A stretch of 64,000 nt of DNA from contig NW_024055497.1 of assembly GCF_902713615.1 (NCBI RefSeq), positions 1,396,420-1,460,419 on the forward strand, given 5' to 3'. Positions 63,812-64,000 of this stretch are shown here, one piece after another. This DNA is from Scyliorhinus canicula. Lineage: Eukaryota. The position numbers were made by a program, and so were the translations under genes. Position 1 is the first letter of the stretch. Each line of letters starts with the position of its first letter. The notes beneath the pieces are model-generated. The model searched no databases and had not been told where the DNA came from. It saw only the letters and a program-made list of their open reading frames with translations.

Positions 63812-64000
63812 GTGTACGTCACAATCCAGCTAACTGAGCTGTGTACGTTCACAAACCAGCTGACTGAGCTGTGTACGTCACAATCCAGCTAACTGAGCTG
63901 TGTACGTCACAATCCAGCTAACTGAGCTGTGCACGTCATAATTCAGCTAACTGAGCTGTGTACGTCACAATCCAGCTAACTGAGCTGTGTACGTCACAAT
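63800..64000. repeat. 29-bp AGCT-rich tandem array (7 or more units, runs off the window)
   Basis: CCAGCTAACTGAGCTGTGTACGTCACAAT units at 63826, 63856, 63885, 63914, 63943 and 63972; 13 AGCT in 200 bp. Confidence 0.97.

Noticed and set aside
55000-64000. V, D or J segments and recombination signal sequences
   Set aside because: I noticed no heptamer with a correctly spaced nonamer and no WGxG J motif; scattered CACAGTG hits lack nonamers.

Overview
This is eukaryotic, repeat-rich DNA from a cartilaginous fish. The evidence is shark-type IgM exons and elasmobranch HE1/DeuSINE-type SINEs; a catshark-like species is an inference. Three layers are visible. (1) 55.1-63.3 kb, minus strand: a complete, apparently intact IgM heavy-chain constant region (Cmu1-Cmu4, secretory tail, TM1, TM2). 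V/D/J lie beyond the right edge. About 500 bp upstream of Cmu1 is an AGCT-dense 29-bp tandem array seeded from a SINE head, which resembles a switch region. (2) 0.6-54.7 kb: a birth-and-death cluster of KRAB-less C2H2 poly-zinc-finger genes, with two open arrays (11 and 15 finger units) and at least six pseudogenes or remnants. At least six copies of a shared CpG-rich, probably bidirectional promoter cassette accompany them. (3) 3.2-7.2 kb: the 5' half of a foamy-like endogenous retrovirus, cut by a 100-N gap. It has a tRNA-Arg PBS, four co-varying RNA hairpins behind the PBS, a foamy-like Gag motif, and Gag running in frame into RT with no room for a protease. A WDFY3 FYVE-domain fragment sits just upstream of its LTR. 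The rest is CR1, L1, Tx1, RTE, Rex1 and Penelope retroelement fragments plus many SINEs. All family assignments come from remembered motifs, not database searches, and repeat boundaries are approximate.
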